In this document: one piece after another, positions 31,072 to 41,728 of the stretch
Numbering within the stretch: position 1 is the first letter of the stretch
Layout: each line of letters begins with the position of its first letter
DNA from: an uncultured Deinococcaceae bacterium
Lineage (GTDB): Bacteria; Deinococcota; Deinococci; Deinococcales; Deinococcaceae
DNA length: 64,000 nt
NCBI GenBank assembly: GCA_964252075.1
Contig: CAXULY010000007.1
Coordinates: 32,001-96,000 of the forward strand
Direction of reading: 5' to 3'
Position numbers and translations under genes: made by a program
The notes under the pieces: generated by a model
The model's input: only the letters and a program-made list of their open reading frames with translations
What the model was told of the DNA's origin: nothing
Database searches by the model: none

Positions 31072-33878
31072 CGCCCGCGCGCGCCAGTTACCGCCTGCAG
31101 GTGCACGCGGGCTTCGACTTCGCCGCCGCGCAGAAGGTCGTACCGTACCTCGCGCGGCTGGGCATCACGGAGCTGTACCTCTCCCCCATCTGGCAGGCGG
31201 AGCCGGGCAGCATGCACGGGTACAACGTCACGGACCACGCGCGCGTGAACAGTGAGCTGGGCGGCGAGCGGGCCTACTCGAAGCTCGCGGCGGCCGCGCG
31301 CGCCGCGGGGCTGGGCGTCATCGTGGATTTCGTGCCAAACCACATGGGCGTGGGCGGCGGGCACAACCCGTACTGGGAGGACCTGCTGCAGAACGGCCGC
31401 GCGAGTCCCTACCGGGAGTTCTTCGATGTGGACTGGCAGCCCCTGCGCCGCAGTCTGGACGGCAAGGTGCTGCTCCCCACCCTGGGCGATCAGTACGGGG
31501 TGGTGCTCGCGAACGGCGAGCTGGTGCTGGAGCAGGACGGCGGGCAGTTCTTCGTGCGGTACTACGAGCGGCGCTTCCCGGTGTCGCCGCGCACGGTGGC
31601 GCCGCTGCTGGAGGAGGCCGCGCGCGCCAGCGGCCTCGACCCGGACGACGCGGACCGCATGGAGCTGGACTCCGTGGCGACGCAGGCGCGCAACCTGCCG
31701 CGCAGCGACGACGAACCGGACCTTGACGCGCGGCTCGTGCGCGCGCGGGAGAGTCAGGTCATGCAGCGGCGGCTGGAGGCGCTTCTCGCGCGCAGCCGCG
31801 CCGTGAAGGACGCCCTCACCGCGACGGTCGGCGCGTGGAACGCCGCCGAGAACCGCGACCGCATGGACACGCTCCTCATGGACCAGAACTACCGCCTGGC
31901 CTTCTGGCGCGTGGCGAGCGAGGAGATCAATTACCGGCGCTTCTTCGACATCAACGACCTCGCGGCGCTGCGCATGGAGGACCCGCGCGTGTTCGAGTGG
32001 GCGCACGCGCTGCTGCTGCGCCTTATCGCGTCCGGTGAGGTGACGGGCGTGCGGCTGGACCACACGGACGGCCTGTATGACCCCGCCGGGTACTTCGAGG
32101 CGCTGCAGGCGCGCGCGGGCGAGGTGCTGCAGAAGCCCTACGAGCGCGGTGGGGAGCTGCCCCTGTACCTCGTGGCGGAGAAGATCCTGGAGCCCGGCGA
32201 GGCCCTCCCGCGCCGCTGGGCGGTGCACGGCACCACCGGCTACGACTTCCTGGCGCAGCTCGGCGGGGTGTTCGTGGACACCCGCAACGACGCCGAGATG
32301 ACCGGCATGTACCGGCGCTTCACGGGCGAGACCGCCAGCTACGGCGAGATGCTGCACACCGGCAAACTGCTGATCGAGCGGGCGAGCCTCGCGAGTGAGG
32401 TAAACCTCCTCGCGGAGCGCCTGCAGCGCCTCGCGGACGCCGACCGCCGCTCGCGGGACTTCACCTTGAGCGCCCTGCGCGCCGCGATCCGCGCGGTGAT
32501 CGCGAGCTTCCCGGTGTACCGCAGTTACGTGCGTGAGGACGGCGCGCGCGAGGAGCGCGACAACGCGCACATCAACAAGGCCGTGCGGGACGCGCGGCGC
32601 CTGAACCGCGACCTGGACGTCACGGTCTTCGATTTCCTGCGGGACGTGCTGACCCTGCGCGTGCCGGAGGGCGCGGACCGCGCCGCGTGGGCGCAGTTCG
32701 CGCTGAAGTTCCAGCAGCTCACAGGTCCCGTGACCGCGAAGGGCGCGGAGGACACCGCCTTCTACCGCTACAACCGCCTGCTGGCGCTGAACGAGGTGGG
32801 CGGCGACCCGGCGCTGTTCGGCACGCCGCTGGAGGTCTTCCACCGTGAGACCGCGAACCGCGCGCGCGACTGGCCGGAGGCGATGCTCAGCACCGCCACG
32901 CACGACACCAAGCGCGGCGAGGACACGCGCGCGCGCATCGCGGTGCTGTCCGAGATGCCGCAGACGTGGGCGGCGTACCTGTCCACCTGGAGCGTGCTGG
33001 CGCGCCGCCTGAGCCGCGACCTGGAGGGCGTGCTGGCGCCCAGCCTGAACGACACCTACGCGGTCTTCCAGAACCTGCTGGGCACGTGGCCGCTGGATGG
33101 GGACTTCACGGATTACCAGCAGCGCCTGACGGACTACATGATCAAGGTGGCGCGCGAGGCGAAGCAGCAGACCAGCTGGCTGCAGCCGGACGAGGCCTAC
33201 GAGTCGGCCCTGACGGACTTCATCGCGTCCCTGCTGGCCGATCCGGAATTCCGCTCGGGCATGGAGGAACTGCACGCGCGCATCAGTCCGCACGGCGCGC
33301 AGAACAGCCTGTCCGCGACGCTCGCGCGCCTCACCGCGCCGGGCCTGCCGGACACCTACCAGGGCGCGGAGCTGTGGAACCAGACGCTGGTGGACCCGGA
33401 CAACCGCCGCCCCGTGGATTACCGCCGCCGCACGCGCGCCCTCACGGACTTTGAGAAGCGCCACGCGGACGACCCGCGTCAGGTGGCGACGGACCTGCTG
33501 GCGCGTTTCACAGACGGACGCGTGAAGCTGTTCGTGACGTGGGCGGCGCTGCAGGCGCGCCGCGCGCACCCCGAGCTGTTCGGGGAGGGCACGTACGTGC
33601 CGCTGGACGCCGACGATCACCTGCTGGCCTTCGCGCGGGAGCGGGAGGGGGAGCGCGCGGTGGTGCTGGCGCCGCGCCTGAGTTTCACCCTGACGGGCGA
33701 GCGCACCCCGTGGGCGCTGGGCGACGTGTGGGGGGACGCGCGCGTCACGCTGCCCACCGGCCGCTACGTGAACGTCCTGACAGGCGAGGCGCACGACGTG
33801 ACGGGCGAGGGCGCGGCGGTGGCGGACCTGCTGCGGCACTTCCCACTGGCCCTGCTCATCAGCGACTCCGCGCGCTGA
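31068..33878 (+). CDS. treY: Malto-oligosyltrehalose synthase
   Basis: [53 protein letters not shown]. Confidence 0.96.
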   Translation: MTPARASYRLQVHAGFDFAAAQKVVPYLARLGITELYLSPIWQAEPGSMHGYNVTDHARVNSELGGERAYSKLAAAARAAGLGVIVDFVPNHMGVGGGHNPYWEDLLQNGRASPYREFFDVDWQPLRRSLDGKVLLPTLGDQYGVVLANGELVLEQDGGQFFVRYYERRFPVSPRTVAPLLEEAARASGLDPDDADRMELDSVATQARNLPRSDDEPDLDARLVRARESQVMQRRLEALLARSRAVKDALTATVGAWNAAENRDRMDTLLMDQNYRLAFWRVASEEINYRRFFDINDLAALRMEDPRVFEWAHALLLRLIASGEVTGVRLDHTDGLYDPAGYFEALQARAGEVLQKPYERGGELPLYLVAEKILEPGEALPRRWAVHGTTGYDFLAQLGGVFVDTRNDAEMTGMYRRFTGETASYGEMLHTGKLLIERASLASEVNLLAERLQRLADADRRSRDFTLSALRAAIRAVIASFPVYRSYVREDGAREERDNAHINKAVRDARRLNRDLDVTVFDFLRDVLTLRVPEGADRAAWAQFALKFQQLTGPVTAKGAEDTAFYRYNRLLALNEVGGDPALFGTPLEVFHRETANRARDWPEAMLSTATHDTKRGEDTRARIAVLSEMPQTWAAYLSTWSVLARRLSRDLEGVLAPSLNDTYAVFQNLLGTWPLDGDFTDYQQRLTDYMIKVAREAKQQTSWLQPDEAYESALTDFIASLLADPEFRSGMEELHARISPHGAQNSLSATLARLTAPGLPDTYQGAELWNQTLVDPDNRRPVDYRRRTRALTDFEKRHADDPRQVATDLLARFTDGRVKLFVTWAALQARRAHPELFGEGTYVPLDADDHLLAFAREREGERAVVLAPRLSFTLTGERTPWALGDVWGDARVTLPTGRYVNVLTGEAHDVTGEGAAVADLLRHFPLALLISDSAR

Positions 33879-33887
33879 GCGCGAAGG

Positions 33888-33922
33888 CAGGAGCGGGGCG
33901 CCCACAGGGCGCCCCGCTCCTG
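33888..33922. terminator. Probable bidirectional terminator
   Basis: 16-bp perfect inverted repeat between convergent genes. Confidence 0.7.
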
Positions 33923-33937
33923 TGCGCGGTTTCCCGG

Positions 33938-34348
33938 TCAGGCGCTCAGTTCCTCCACGACGTGCGGGCCGTAATGGTGGATGTAGTGCCCACCGCAGTC
34001 CTTGAAGGCCTGGCAGATGGCGCGCACGCCCTGCGCGGTGTTGGGGGTGCTGACCACCACCACGTGCCGCCCCTGGAAGAGTTCGCGCACGTAGCGTTCG
34101 AGGTGCTCGCGCTCGTCCGTGATGCTCTGCAGGGCGCGCAGCAGGCGGGAGAACAGCCCGTGGTGCCGGCCGTCCGGGTCGAGGTCGCGGGCGCCGTCCT
34201 CGCCGCTCAGCACCTGCACCTGCTGATCGCCGAAACCGCCGTCGAGCAGCCGCTGGCTGAGGTCGCGGACCGCCGAGAGGTCGTCGAACACGCCGTACAG
34301 GGCGCTCCTGGGCCTGAAGGTGAAGTGACTCTGGCGGGTCGCGGTCAT
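33938..34348 (-). CDS. Hypothetical protein
   Basis: GGGAGG RBS before ATG 34348; host-like codon usage. Confidence 0.7.
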   Translation of the reverse strand: MTATRQSHFTFRPRSALYGVFDDLSAVRDLSQRLLDGGFGDQQVQVLSGEDGARDLDPDGRHHGLFSRLLRALQSITDEREHLERYVRELFQGRHVVVVSTPNTAQGVRAICQAFKDCGGHYIHHYGPHVVEELSA

Positions 34349-34535
34349 ACAAGCCTCCCTGGCCGCAGCGGTGCTGCGGAGTGCATGGAACGACGCGGTG
34401 CGGATCCGGTTGCCTGGGACGTTTGTCCTGATGATAAGCCGCACGAAGCCCGCTTGACCTGAGTTAGCTTCACAGTTCGCCGTTAACTGGGGGTTAAAGT
34501 CCCCACGGACGCGCCGCGCCCATTAGAGTAACCGC

Positions 34536-35156
34536 GTGGCCCGGCGTGTGAACCCCATTCTGGAGAAGCAGCGGCGGGCGGGGCTGGAACGCGCCGCCTA
34601 CCAGATGATCTTCACGCGCGGCTACGCGCACGTGACGCTCGCGGACATCGCGGCCGAGGCGGGCGTCTCGAAAGGCACGCTGGTGTATTACTTCGGGAGC
34701 CGCGAGGGGCTCTTCGAGGCGGTCATGCGCCGCTTCGTGCGCACCATCGCGGTCGCCACCCGGCGCGCCGTGCGCACCACGGACAGCCCGGAGGCGCGCC
34801 TGCGCGCCTTCGTGGACAACCAGTTCTACGGCCTGGAGAACACCCGGCGCTTCTACACGGTGTACCTGGATTTCCTGTCGGCCAGCACCAAGGACGAGGC
34901 CCTGATGCGCGTGCAGCGCGCCTTCCTGGCACAGAGCCAGGCGCTGGACTTTGAGCTCGCGCGGCTGGCGGGCGAATCGGGCGTGGAGGCGCGCGCGTGG
35001 CAGCTGCGCGCGCTGGTGGACGGGCTCTCCATCCGGTTCCTGTGCGACCCGGAGCCGAGCCTGGAGGTGTACCGCGCGCGCTGCCTGGCGGGCCTCAGGG
35101 CGCTGCTGGACCTGCCGGAAGCGGGTCGCGCGGCAGGGACGCCAGCGTCGCACTGA
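34536..35156 (+). CDS. TetR-family regulator
   Basis: TLADIAAEAGVSKGTLVYYFGSRE helix-turn-helix; TAGAGT-N6-GTG. Confidence 0.93.
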   Translation: MARRVNPILEKQRRAGLERAAYQMIFTRGYAHVTLADIAAEAGVSKGTLVYYFGSREGLFEAVMRRFVRTIAVATRRAVRTTDSPEARLRAFVDNQFYGLENTRRFYTVYLDFLSASTKDEALMRVQRAFLAQSQALDFELARLAGESGVEARAWQLRALVDGLSIRFLCDPEPSLEVYRARCLAGLRALLDLPEAGRAAGTPASH

Positions 35157-35859
35157 GCGCCCGCGCGCCCTCCAGCAGGCGCGGGCCGGGCCGACCCAGC
35201 CCACTCTCGGGAATGCACACCACGGGCGCGCCCAGGCCGCGCGCCTCGGCCACCTCGGGGCGCAGCTTCTTCACCCCGCACCACGCGATCACGTGCAGGT
35301 CCGCGCGCGCGGCGCGCAGGTCGTCCAGCGTGACGGGCGCGCTGCGGCGCTCCAGGCCCTCGAAGGCGTTCACGGCGCCGAGCGCGCGCAGCAGGTCGTT
35401 CACCCAGCTCTGCGCGCCCGCGACGATCACGGGGCGCGGCCACCACTCCACCACCACGCGCGGCGCGCGCGCGCCGGGCACGCGCAGGGCCGCGAGTTCC
35501 GCCCGCATGTCCGCCACGACCTGACCCGCGCGCGCCCGCTGCCCGAGGGCCTCCCCCACCGCGCGGATGTCGGCGTACACGTCCTCCAGGGTGACGGGGT
35601 CGAGGTTCAGGTGCGGCAGGCCAGCGGCGCGCACGTCCGCGAGGACGCGCTCCATGCCGGGCACGCTGAGGCTCGTGAGGGTGAGGTCCGGCGCGAGCGC
35701 CGCGAGGCGCGCCACGTCAATGTTCAGGTCCGGGCCGAGGCGCTCGGCGTGCGCCGCTTCGGGCGCGTCGCTGTGGCTGTCCACCGCGACGAGTTGCCCA
35801 GCCAGCCCGAGCGCGGCGAGAATCTCGGTGTTGGAGCAGGTCAGGGACGCGAGGCGCAC
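35095..35859 (-). CDS. BtuF-like cobalamin/metal-chelate binding protein
   Basis: RLASLTCSNTEIL..LG..LVAVDSHSD, RPGPRLLEG; TACACT-N6-GTG; 3' overlap with the TetR gene. Confidence 0.8.
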   Translation of the reverse strand: MRLASLTCSNTEILAALGLAGQLVAVDSHSDAPEAAHAERLGPDLNIDVARLAALAPDLTLTSLSVPGMERVLADVRAAGLPHLNLDPVTLEDVYADIRAVGEALGQRARAGQVVADMRAELAALRVPGARAPRVVVEWWPRPVIVAGAQSWVNDLLRALGAVNAFEGLERRSAPVTLDDLRAARADLHVIAWCGVKKLRPEVAEARGLGAPVVCIPESGLGRPGPRLLEGARALSATLASLPRDPLPAGPAAP

Positions 35860-35951
35860 CACCCCAGTGTAGGGCGGGCGGCTGGTGCGGGTAAGGGGCC
35901 TTCATGGGCGGCAGTCAAACGCCCTTGTCGCGCTGTGGTAGTTTGCAAGTT

Positions 35952-36839
35952 ATGAACAGCAGGACGACCTTCGCCGTCACCATCACGCTGCTGGTGGCCC
36001 TCACCCTGGGTGGCGGCATCGCCGGATTCCGGCTGGGCACCGCCGAGCCCGCGACGCAGGGCGGCGTCGCGGAGGGCGGCCCGCAGACCCTCCAGACGCC
36101 GAACAACACGGGACCCGACACGGGCTCCAGCACCAACAACGCCAACGTGGTGCCGGGCAGCGCCAAGCCCGGCGACAACGAGGCGAACACCGGCGCCGCG
36201 AGCACCAGCGGGAACAGCGCGGCGGCCGGCACGAGCAGCGCGGTGGGGTCCGGCAGCGCCGCGGCGGGCAACAGCACGCCGGCCGCCGGGCAGGGCGTGG
36301 CGAGCGCGAATGGCGCGAGCGGCGCGTCCACGGGTGGGGCACAGAGTGGCACCACCACCACGAACCTCAGCACGGCGGGCACCAGCAGCGGCTCGGGCGC
36401 GCCCGTCGTGGCGGGCAGCGGCGTGTCGGGCAACAGCACCGCCGCGGACATCCAGGCGAACGGCGTGAACAACCGCGGCGCGGCGGGCACCGAGGGCGTG
36501 TCGGGCGGCACGCCGTCCGGCACGCGGCCCGGCGTGACGCCCACGAACACCACCGTGAACGACGCGGCGGCCGCGCCGGACGCAGCGGCGGGCGGGGAGA
36601 AGTTCGCGTCGGCGGGCTGCTCCGGCTGCCACGGCGCGGACGCGCACGGCGGCGTCGGCCCGAACCTGACGCTCGCGGACGGCCCGAAAGGCTGGACGCT
36701 CGATCAGTTCACGGCGGTGATCCGCGAGGGGCGCGCGCCGGACCGCAACCTCAGCGCCGTCATGCCGAAGTTCAGCCCCGAGCAGCTGAGCGACCAGGAC
36801 ATCGCGAACATCCAGGCGCACATCAAGACCCTGCCGTAA
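35952..36839 (+). CDS. Membrane-anchored c-type cytochrome with long low-complexity linker
   Basis: N-terminal hydrophobic segment, G/A/S/T/N-rich linker, CSGCH heme motif, MPKF distal Met. Confidence 0.85.
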   Translation: MNSRTTFAVTITLLVALTLGGGIAGFRLGTAEPATQGGVAEGGPQTLQTPNNTGPDTGSSTNNANVVPGSAKPGDNEANTGAASTSGNSAAAGTSSAVGSGSAAAGNSTPAAGQGVASANGASGASTGGAQSGTTTTNLSTAGTSSGSGAPVVAGSGVSGNSTAADIQANGVNNRGAAGTEGVSGGTPSGTRPGVTPTNTTVNDAAAAPDAAAGGEKFASAGCSGCHGADAHGGVGPNLTLADGPKGWTLDQFTAVIREGRAPDRNLSAVMPKFSPEQLSDQDIANIQAHIKTLP

Positions 36840-36944
36840 GGCGGGCTGGCGGGCCGACCCCGATGCCGGGGTCGGCCCGTTTCGCTGCACCCCAACCGCC
36901 CCGTGGCTTACCGCGCGCCTCACGGTGAGGCGCTAGGGTGGGGC

Positions 36945-38558
36945 ATGGTGGACTTTGCCTCGCTGACCGACCAGCTCCGCCCCACCCCGCCCGAACCGCT
37001 CCCGAAGGGCCTCACGCTGCCCACCTGGGTGGTGGTGGACGTGCAGGGCACGTACCCCGCGCGCAGCGCCGCGAATCCGCTGGCGCAGCTCGTGAACCGC
37101 CAGGACAGCCTGGAGGCTTTCGACCGCCGCCTGGAGGCGCTCGCGAAGGCGGAGTGGCTGCACGGCGTGTTGTTCCGCATCCATGACGTGCAGGTGGGTC
37201 TCGCGACGGCGTGGCACCTGGGCCGCAGCATCGAGCGGCTCTCGAAGGCCAAGCGCACCGTCGCGCACGCCGCGAACCTGAACATGCGCTCGTACCTGCT
37301 GGCGTCCGGCGCGCGCGAGGTGGCCGCGCCGGAGAGCGCGGAGCTGAACTTCACGGGCCTCGCGATGGAGGTGACGTTCCTCGGGGAGTTCCTGCAGAAG
37401 CACGGCGTGCAGTTCGAGAACCTGCGCATCCGGGAGTACAAGAGCGCCCTCACGCGCTTCTCGGAGACCGGCATGGACGCGCACGACCGCGAGCAGCGCG
37501 AGGTGCTGCTGTCCGCCATCGAGGACGCCTGGGTGCGGGACGTGGCGGTGCGGCGCGGGCGCGCACAGGCGGAGGTGCGCGCGTGGCTGCAGGCGGGCGT
37601 CACGTCCGCGCAACAGGCGCGCGAGCTGGGCCTCCTTGACCGCGTGGCGTACGAGGACGAACTGGTGGGGCCCGCCACGCGGCCCGTCGCGAGCGTCGCG
37701 AAGCGCCTGGCCGGGAAGCCCGGCGCGGGCCGTGAGGGGCGCGTGGCGGTCGTGACCCTGTCGGGCGCGATCGTGCCGGGCCGCTCGCGCAACGTGCCCA
37801 TCCCGCTGCCGCTGGCGGGCGGGCCGCAGGCGGGCGCGGACAGCGTGGTGGCGGCCCTGCGGCGCGCGCTGCGCGACAAGACCACGCGCGCGGTGGTGTT
37901 CCACGTGGATTCTGGGGGTGGGTCGGCGCTCGCGTCGGACCTAATCTGGCGGGAGGTCGCGCGGGCGCAGAAGCCCGTCGTGGCCGTGATGGGTGAGGTC
38001 GCGGCGTCCGGCGGGTACTACGTGCTGACGCACGCGCGGCGCGTGATCGCGAGCCCGCACACCATCACGGGGTCCATCGGGGTGGTGACGGGCAAGCCGG
38101 TGCTGGAGGCCTTCAACGCGCGGTACGGCTTCAAGGCGGAGACCGTGCGGACGGGTGAGCTGGCGGCGCTGGAGAGCAGCGCGCGGCCCTTCACGCCGGA
38201 GCAGCGGGCCCTGGTGGAGCGCGGCATCGAGGAGGTGTACGACCGCTTCACGCAGCGCGTGGCGCAGGGGCGTGGGCTCACGCAGGCGCGCGTGAACGAG
38301 ATCGGGCGCGGGCGCATCTGGAGCGGCGCGGACGCCCTGGAAGTCGGGCTGGTGAATGAGTTGGGCGACCTGAACACCGCCATTGAGCGGGCGTGCGAGC
38401 TGGCGGGCCTGCCGTACGGCGCGCCCGTGTGGACGGCAGAGGCGCCGCGCAGCGGGCCGCTGCCCGTGCCGGTCGAGGTGAACCCCGCGGCGGCCCTAAG
38501 CTGGCTGTCGGAGCGCCACCTGCTGCTGATGGACCCCAGCTGGCGCCTGCGCGGCTGA
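36945..38558 (+). CDS. sppA: Signal peptide peptidase (two-domain S49)
   Basis: EYKSA, VDSGGGSALAS, AASGGYY, TGSIGV, GRIWSG. Confidence 0.9.
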   Translation: MVDFASLTDQLRPTPPEPLPKGLTLPTWVVVDVQGTYPARSAANPLAQLVNRQDSLEAFDRRLEALAKAEWLHGVLFRIHDVQVGLATAWHLGRSIERLSKAKRTVAHAANLNMRSYLLASGAREVAAPESAELNFTGLAMEVTFLGEFLQKHGVQFENLRIREYKSALTRFSETGMDAHDREQREVLLSAIEDAWVRDVAVRRGRAQAEVRAWLQAGVTSAQQARELGLLDRVAYEDELVGPATRPVASVAKRLAGKPGAGREGRVAVVTLSGAIVPGRSRNVPIPLPLAGGPQAGADSVVAALRRALRDKTTRAVVFHVDSGGGSALASDLIWREVARAQKPVVAVMGEVAASGGYYVLTHARRVIASPHTITGSIGVVTGKPVLEAFNARYGFKAETVRTGELAALESSARPFTPEQRALVERGIEEVYDRFTQRVAQGRGLTQARVNEIGRGRIWSGADALEVGLVNELGDLNTAIERACELAGLPYGAPVWTAEAPRSGPLPVPVEVNPAAALSWLSERHLLLMDPSWRLRG

Positions 38559-38652
38559 TCGGCGGCGTTCGGGCCCGCCGCGGCGTGCTGCGGCGGGTCC
38601 TCGCGTGCCTTACGCTTGCAAAGCCACCGGCATTCGGGCAGGATCAGGTCTC

Positions 38653-39111
38653 ATGCCGACGCATTTCGCCGGAACCGAGGAGCAGCGCGCCGCCTTGGAC
38701 GCCTACATCAAGCTGTGGCGCGCCGCGCACGCGGTGGAGGCGCGCGCGAACCGCCACCTGCTGACGCACGGCCTCACCATCAGTCAGTTCGCGGTGCTGG
38801 AGGCCGTGTACCACCTGGGGCCGCTCAGCCAGCGGCAGCTGGCCGCAAAGATCCTGCGCTCCAGCGGGAACCTCACGATGGTCATTGACAACCTGGAGCG
38901 CGCGGGGCACGTGCGGCGCGAGCGGCAGGCGCGCGATCGGCGGGTGGTGACGGTGTCCCTCACGCCGGGCGGCCGGGCGCTGGTGGAGAAGCTGCTGCCG
39001 ACCCACGTGGCGGGCATCCAGTCGGCCTTCGCGGCGCTGGATGCTGAGGAGCTTGCGGCCTTCGCGCGCCTGTCCCGCAAACTCGGGCTCTCGCTGATGG
39101 AGGAGCAATAG
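38653..39111 (+). CDS. MarR-family regulator, MhqR-like
   Basis: LTISQFAVLEAVYHLGPL, SSGNLTMVIDNLE, DRR; precedes a ring-cleaving dioxygenase. Confidence 0.9.
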   Translation: MPTHFAGTEEQRAALDAYIKLWRAAHAVEARANRHLLTHGLTISQFAVLEAVYHLGPLSQRQLAAKILRSSGNLTMVIDNLERAGHVRRERQARDRRVVTVSLTPGGRALVEKLLPTHVAGIQSAFAALDAEELAAFARLSRKLGLSLMEEQ

Positions 39112-39158
39112 CTCCTTGCCTTACATAATCGTTCAATGTTAAGTGATTTGATGTGAGC

Positions 39159-40136
39159 ATGAAGAACCCCGTTCAAGGCCTGCATCACGTGACCGTCATG
39201 GCGAGCGACCCGCAGCGCAACATCGACTTCTATACGCGCCTGCTCGGGCAGCGCCTCGTAAAGGTCACCGTGAACTTCGACGACCCCGGCACCTACCACC
39301 TGTACTACGGCGACCGCGTGGGCAGCCCCGGCACCGTCATGACCTTCTTCCCCTGGGTGGGCGCGCGGCGCGGCACGCGCGGCAACGGCGAGGTCGTCGC
39401 GACCGCCTACAGCGTCCCGCGCGCCGCGCTGGACTTCTGGCGCGCGCGCCTCACCGAGCAGGGCCTCAGCTTCACCGAGCAGACGCGCTTCGGGGACACC
39501 GTGCTCGTCACGGAGGACCCGGACGGCATGCCGCTGGAACTCGTCGCAGACGACGGCGCGCCCGTCCTGCCGTGGGCGAAGAGCCCCGTCGGGGAGGCCG
39601 AGGCGCTGCACGGCTTCCACAGCGTGACCCTGTGGGAGCACGACCACCGCACCGTGGAGTCGCTGCTGGTGGGGCAGCTGGGCTTCACCGCCGTGGGCAG
39701 CGAGCCGGACGCGCAGGGCACCCGGTACCGTTACCGCGGCGCGGGCGACGGCGTGGGCCTGTACGTGGACGTGGTGGAGCGCCCCGGCGCGCCGCGCGGT
39801 CGCCCCGGGGCGGGCACCGTGCATCACGTCGCGCTGCGCACCGTGGATGACGCCGAGCAGGCCGAGTACCTCGCGCAGCTGGGCGCCGCCGGGTACGGCC
39901 CGACGCCCGTGCAGGACCGCCAGTACTTCCACTCCATCTACTTCCGCGAGCCGGGCGGCGTGCTGTTCGAGATCGCCACGGACGCGCCCGGCTTCGACGA
40001 CGACGAGCCCGTCGAGGAACTCGGCAGCCACCTGAAGCTCCCCGCATGGTTCGAGGAGAAGCGCGACCTCATCGAGCGGCACGTGCCCGCCATCGTGAGC
40101 CCCGAGTACGGCGTGACCATCGGGGGCAAGCGGTGA
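39159..40136 (+). CDS. Ring-cleaving dioxygenase (MhqA/O-like)
   Basis: GLHHVT, KVTVNFDDPGTYHLYYGD, HHVALR, DRQYFHSIYFREPGGVLFEIAT. Confidence 0.93.
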   Translation: MKNPVQGLHHVTVMASDPQRNIDFYTRLLGQRLVKVTVNFDDPGTYHLYYGDRVGSPGTVMTFFPWVGARRGTRGNGEVVATAYSVPRAALDFWRARLTEQGLSFTEQTRFGDTVLVTEDPDGMPLELVADDGAPVLPWAKSPVGEAEALHGFHSVTLWEHDHRTVESLLVGQLGFTAVGSEPDAQGTRYRYRGAGDGVGLYVDVVERPGAPRGRPGAGTVHHVALRTVDDAEQAEYLAQLGAAGYGPTPVQDRQYFHSIYFREPGGVLFEIATDAPGFDDDEPVEELGSHLKLPAWFEEKRDLIERHVPAIVSPEYGVTIGGKR

Positions 40137-40783
40137 CGGCGCGCGACCCGCACGCGGGTCAGCCGGTGCGGTCCGGCTGGCGCGAGCCGCGCGGCGCGCG
40201 GGTCGGGGCGCTGCTGCTGCACGGGCGCGGCGGGAGCGCCGAGGACATCCTGGGCCTCGCGGACCAGTTCAGCCTCTCGGCCTTCGCGTACCTCGCGCCG
40301 CAGGCCGCCGGGCACAGCTGGTACCCGCTGTCCTTCCTGGCGCCCCCCGCGCAGAACGAGCCCTACCTGTCGAGCGCGCTGGAGGCCGTGGGGCGCGCGC
40401 TGGCGCAGTTCGAAGCGGCGGGCATCCCGCCCGCGCGCGTGATGCTGGGCGGCTTCTCGCAGGGCGCGTGCCTCGCGCTGGAAGTCGCGGCGCGCGCCGG
40501 GCAGCGCCTGGGTGGGGTGTTCGCCTTCAGCGGCGCGCTCATCACGCTGGAGCACGCGGGCGACCTCGCGGGCACGCCGGTGTTCATGGGTGTGGATGAG
40601 CGCGACGGGCACATCCCCCTGGACCGCTTCCAGCAGAGCGCCGAGGTGCTGCGCGCGCGCGGCGCCCGCGTGGACGCGCGCGTGTACCGCGGCCTGGGGC
40701 ACACCATCAACACCGAGGAGATCAACACCGTGCGGGACACCATGCGGCAGCTGATCTTCGACAGCCTCGAAGATCCGAAATGA
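40133..40783 (+). CDS. Phospholipase/carboxylesterase (alpha/beta hydrolase)
   Basis: LLHGRG, GFSQG nucleophile elbow, DGHIP, GHTIN; GTG overlaps the upstream stop. Confidence 0.9.
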   Translation: MTARDPHAGQPVRSGWREPRGARVGALLLHGRGGSAEDILGLADQFSLSAFAYLAPQAAGHSWYPLSFLAPPAQNEPYLSSALEAVGRALAQFEAAGIPPARVMLGGFSQGACLALEVAARAGQRLGGVFAFSGALITLEHAGDLAGTPVFMGVDERDGHIPLDRFQQSAEVLRARGARVDARVYRGLGHTINTEEINTVRDTMRQLIFDSLEDPK

Positions 40784-40817
40784 AAGAGGGGGGACCGCGA
40801 GTGCGGTCCCCCCTCTT
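40784..40817. terminator. Probable bidirectional terminator
   Basis: 15-bp inverted repeat between convergent genes. Confidence 0.75.
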
Positions 40818-40831
40818 CACGCGGACGGCGC

Positions 40832-41728
40832 TTAGCCCTTCACGGCGCCCGTGATGGACGCGCCCTCCACGAAGTACTTCTGGAAGGCGTAGAACAGCAC
40901 GATCACGGGCAGAAGCACCAGGATGGACGCCGCCATCAGGAGCTGCCACTGCACGTTGTAGCTGGTCCTGAAGAACTGCAGGCCCACCTGCAGCGTGTAC
41001 AGCTGGTCGTCCTTCAGGTACAGCAGCGGCCCCACGTAGTCGTTCCAGGCGCCGTCGAAGGAGAACAGCGCGACGGTCGCGAGGGCGGGCGCGGCGAGCG
41101 GCACCGCGATGCGCCACCAGATCCACAGCTCGTTCGCGCCGTCAATGCGCGCCGCCTCGATCAGGTCGTTCGGGAGGCCCAGGAAGAACTGCCGCAGCAT
41201 GAACGTGAAGAACGCGCTCGCGAAGAAGGCGGGCACCACCAGCGGCGCGTAGGTGCCCACCCAGTGCAGCTTGCTGAACAGCACGAACTGCGGGATGAGC
41301 GTCACCATGCCGGGAATCATCATGCTGGAGAGCAGCACCACGAACATGAAGTCGCGCCCCGGGAAGCGCAGCTTCGCGAAGCCGTACGCCACGAAGGCGT
41401 TCACGAACACCGTCGCGGCCGTCACGACGCCCGCGTACAGCACGGTGTTGATGGCGTAACGCGTGAAGGGCGCGCCCAGCCACGCCTTCACGTAGTTCCC
41501 CCATTGCGGCGGGTCGGGAATCCAGCGGGGCGGGTACGCGAAGACCTGCGTGTCCGGCTTCAGGGACGTGCTGATCATCCACACGGCGGGCGTCAGGATA
41601 ATCAGCGCGAGGCCGACCAGCAGCAGCAGCGCGAGGGCCTGCCCCACCAGGCGCAGGGTGCGGTGGCGTCGGCTCAGGACGGCGCCCGTGCCGGGCCGCA
41701 GGCGGGGCGTGGGGCGCGTGAGGGCCAT
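40832..41728 (-). CDS. Carbohydrate ABC permease
   Basis: LIEAARIDGA EAA loop, WNDY, QKYFVEG. Confidence 0.93.
   Translation of the reverse strand: MALTRPTPRLRPGTGAVLSRRHRTLRLVGQALALLLLVGLALIILTPAVWMISTSLKPDTQVFAYPPRWIPDPPQWGNYVKAWLGAPFTRYAINTVLYAGVVTAATVFVNAFVAYGFAKLRFPGRDFMFVVLLSSMMIPGMVTLIPQFVLFSKLHWVGTYAPLVVPAFFASAFFTFMLRQFFLGLPNDLIEAARIDGANELWIWWRIAVPLAAPALATVALFSFDGAWNDYVGPLLYLKDDQLYTLQVGLQFFRTSYNVQWQLLMAASILVLLPVIVLFYAFQKYFVEGASITGAVKG

Noticed and set aside
26758..34352. Very long minus-strand ORFs (1426 and 1305 aa) and similar ones opposite uvrD, metH and metG
   Set aside because: Antisense shadows of high-GC genes, with no motifs and Arg/Ala/Gly-biased composition.
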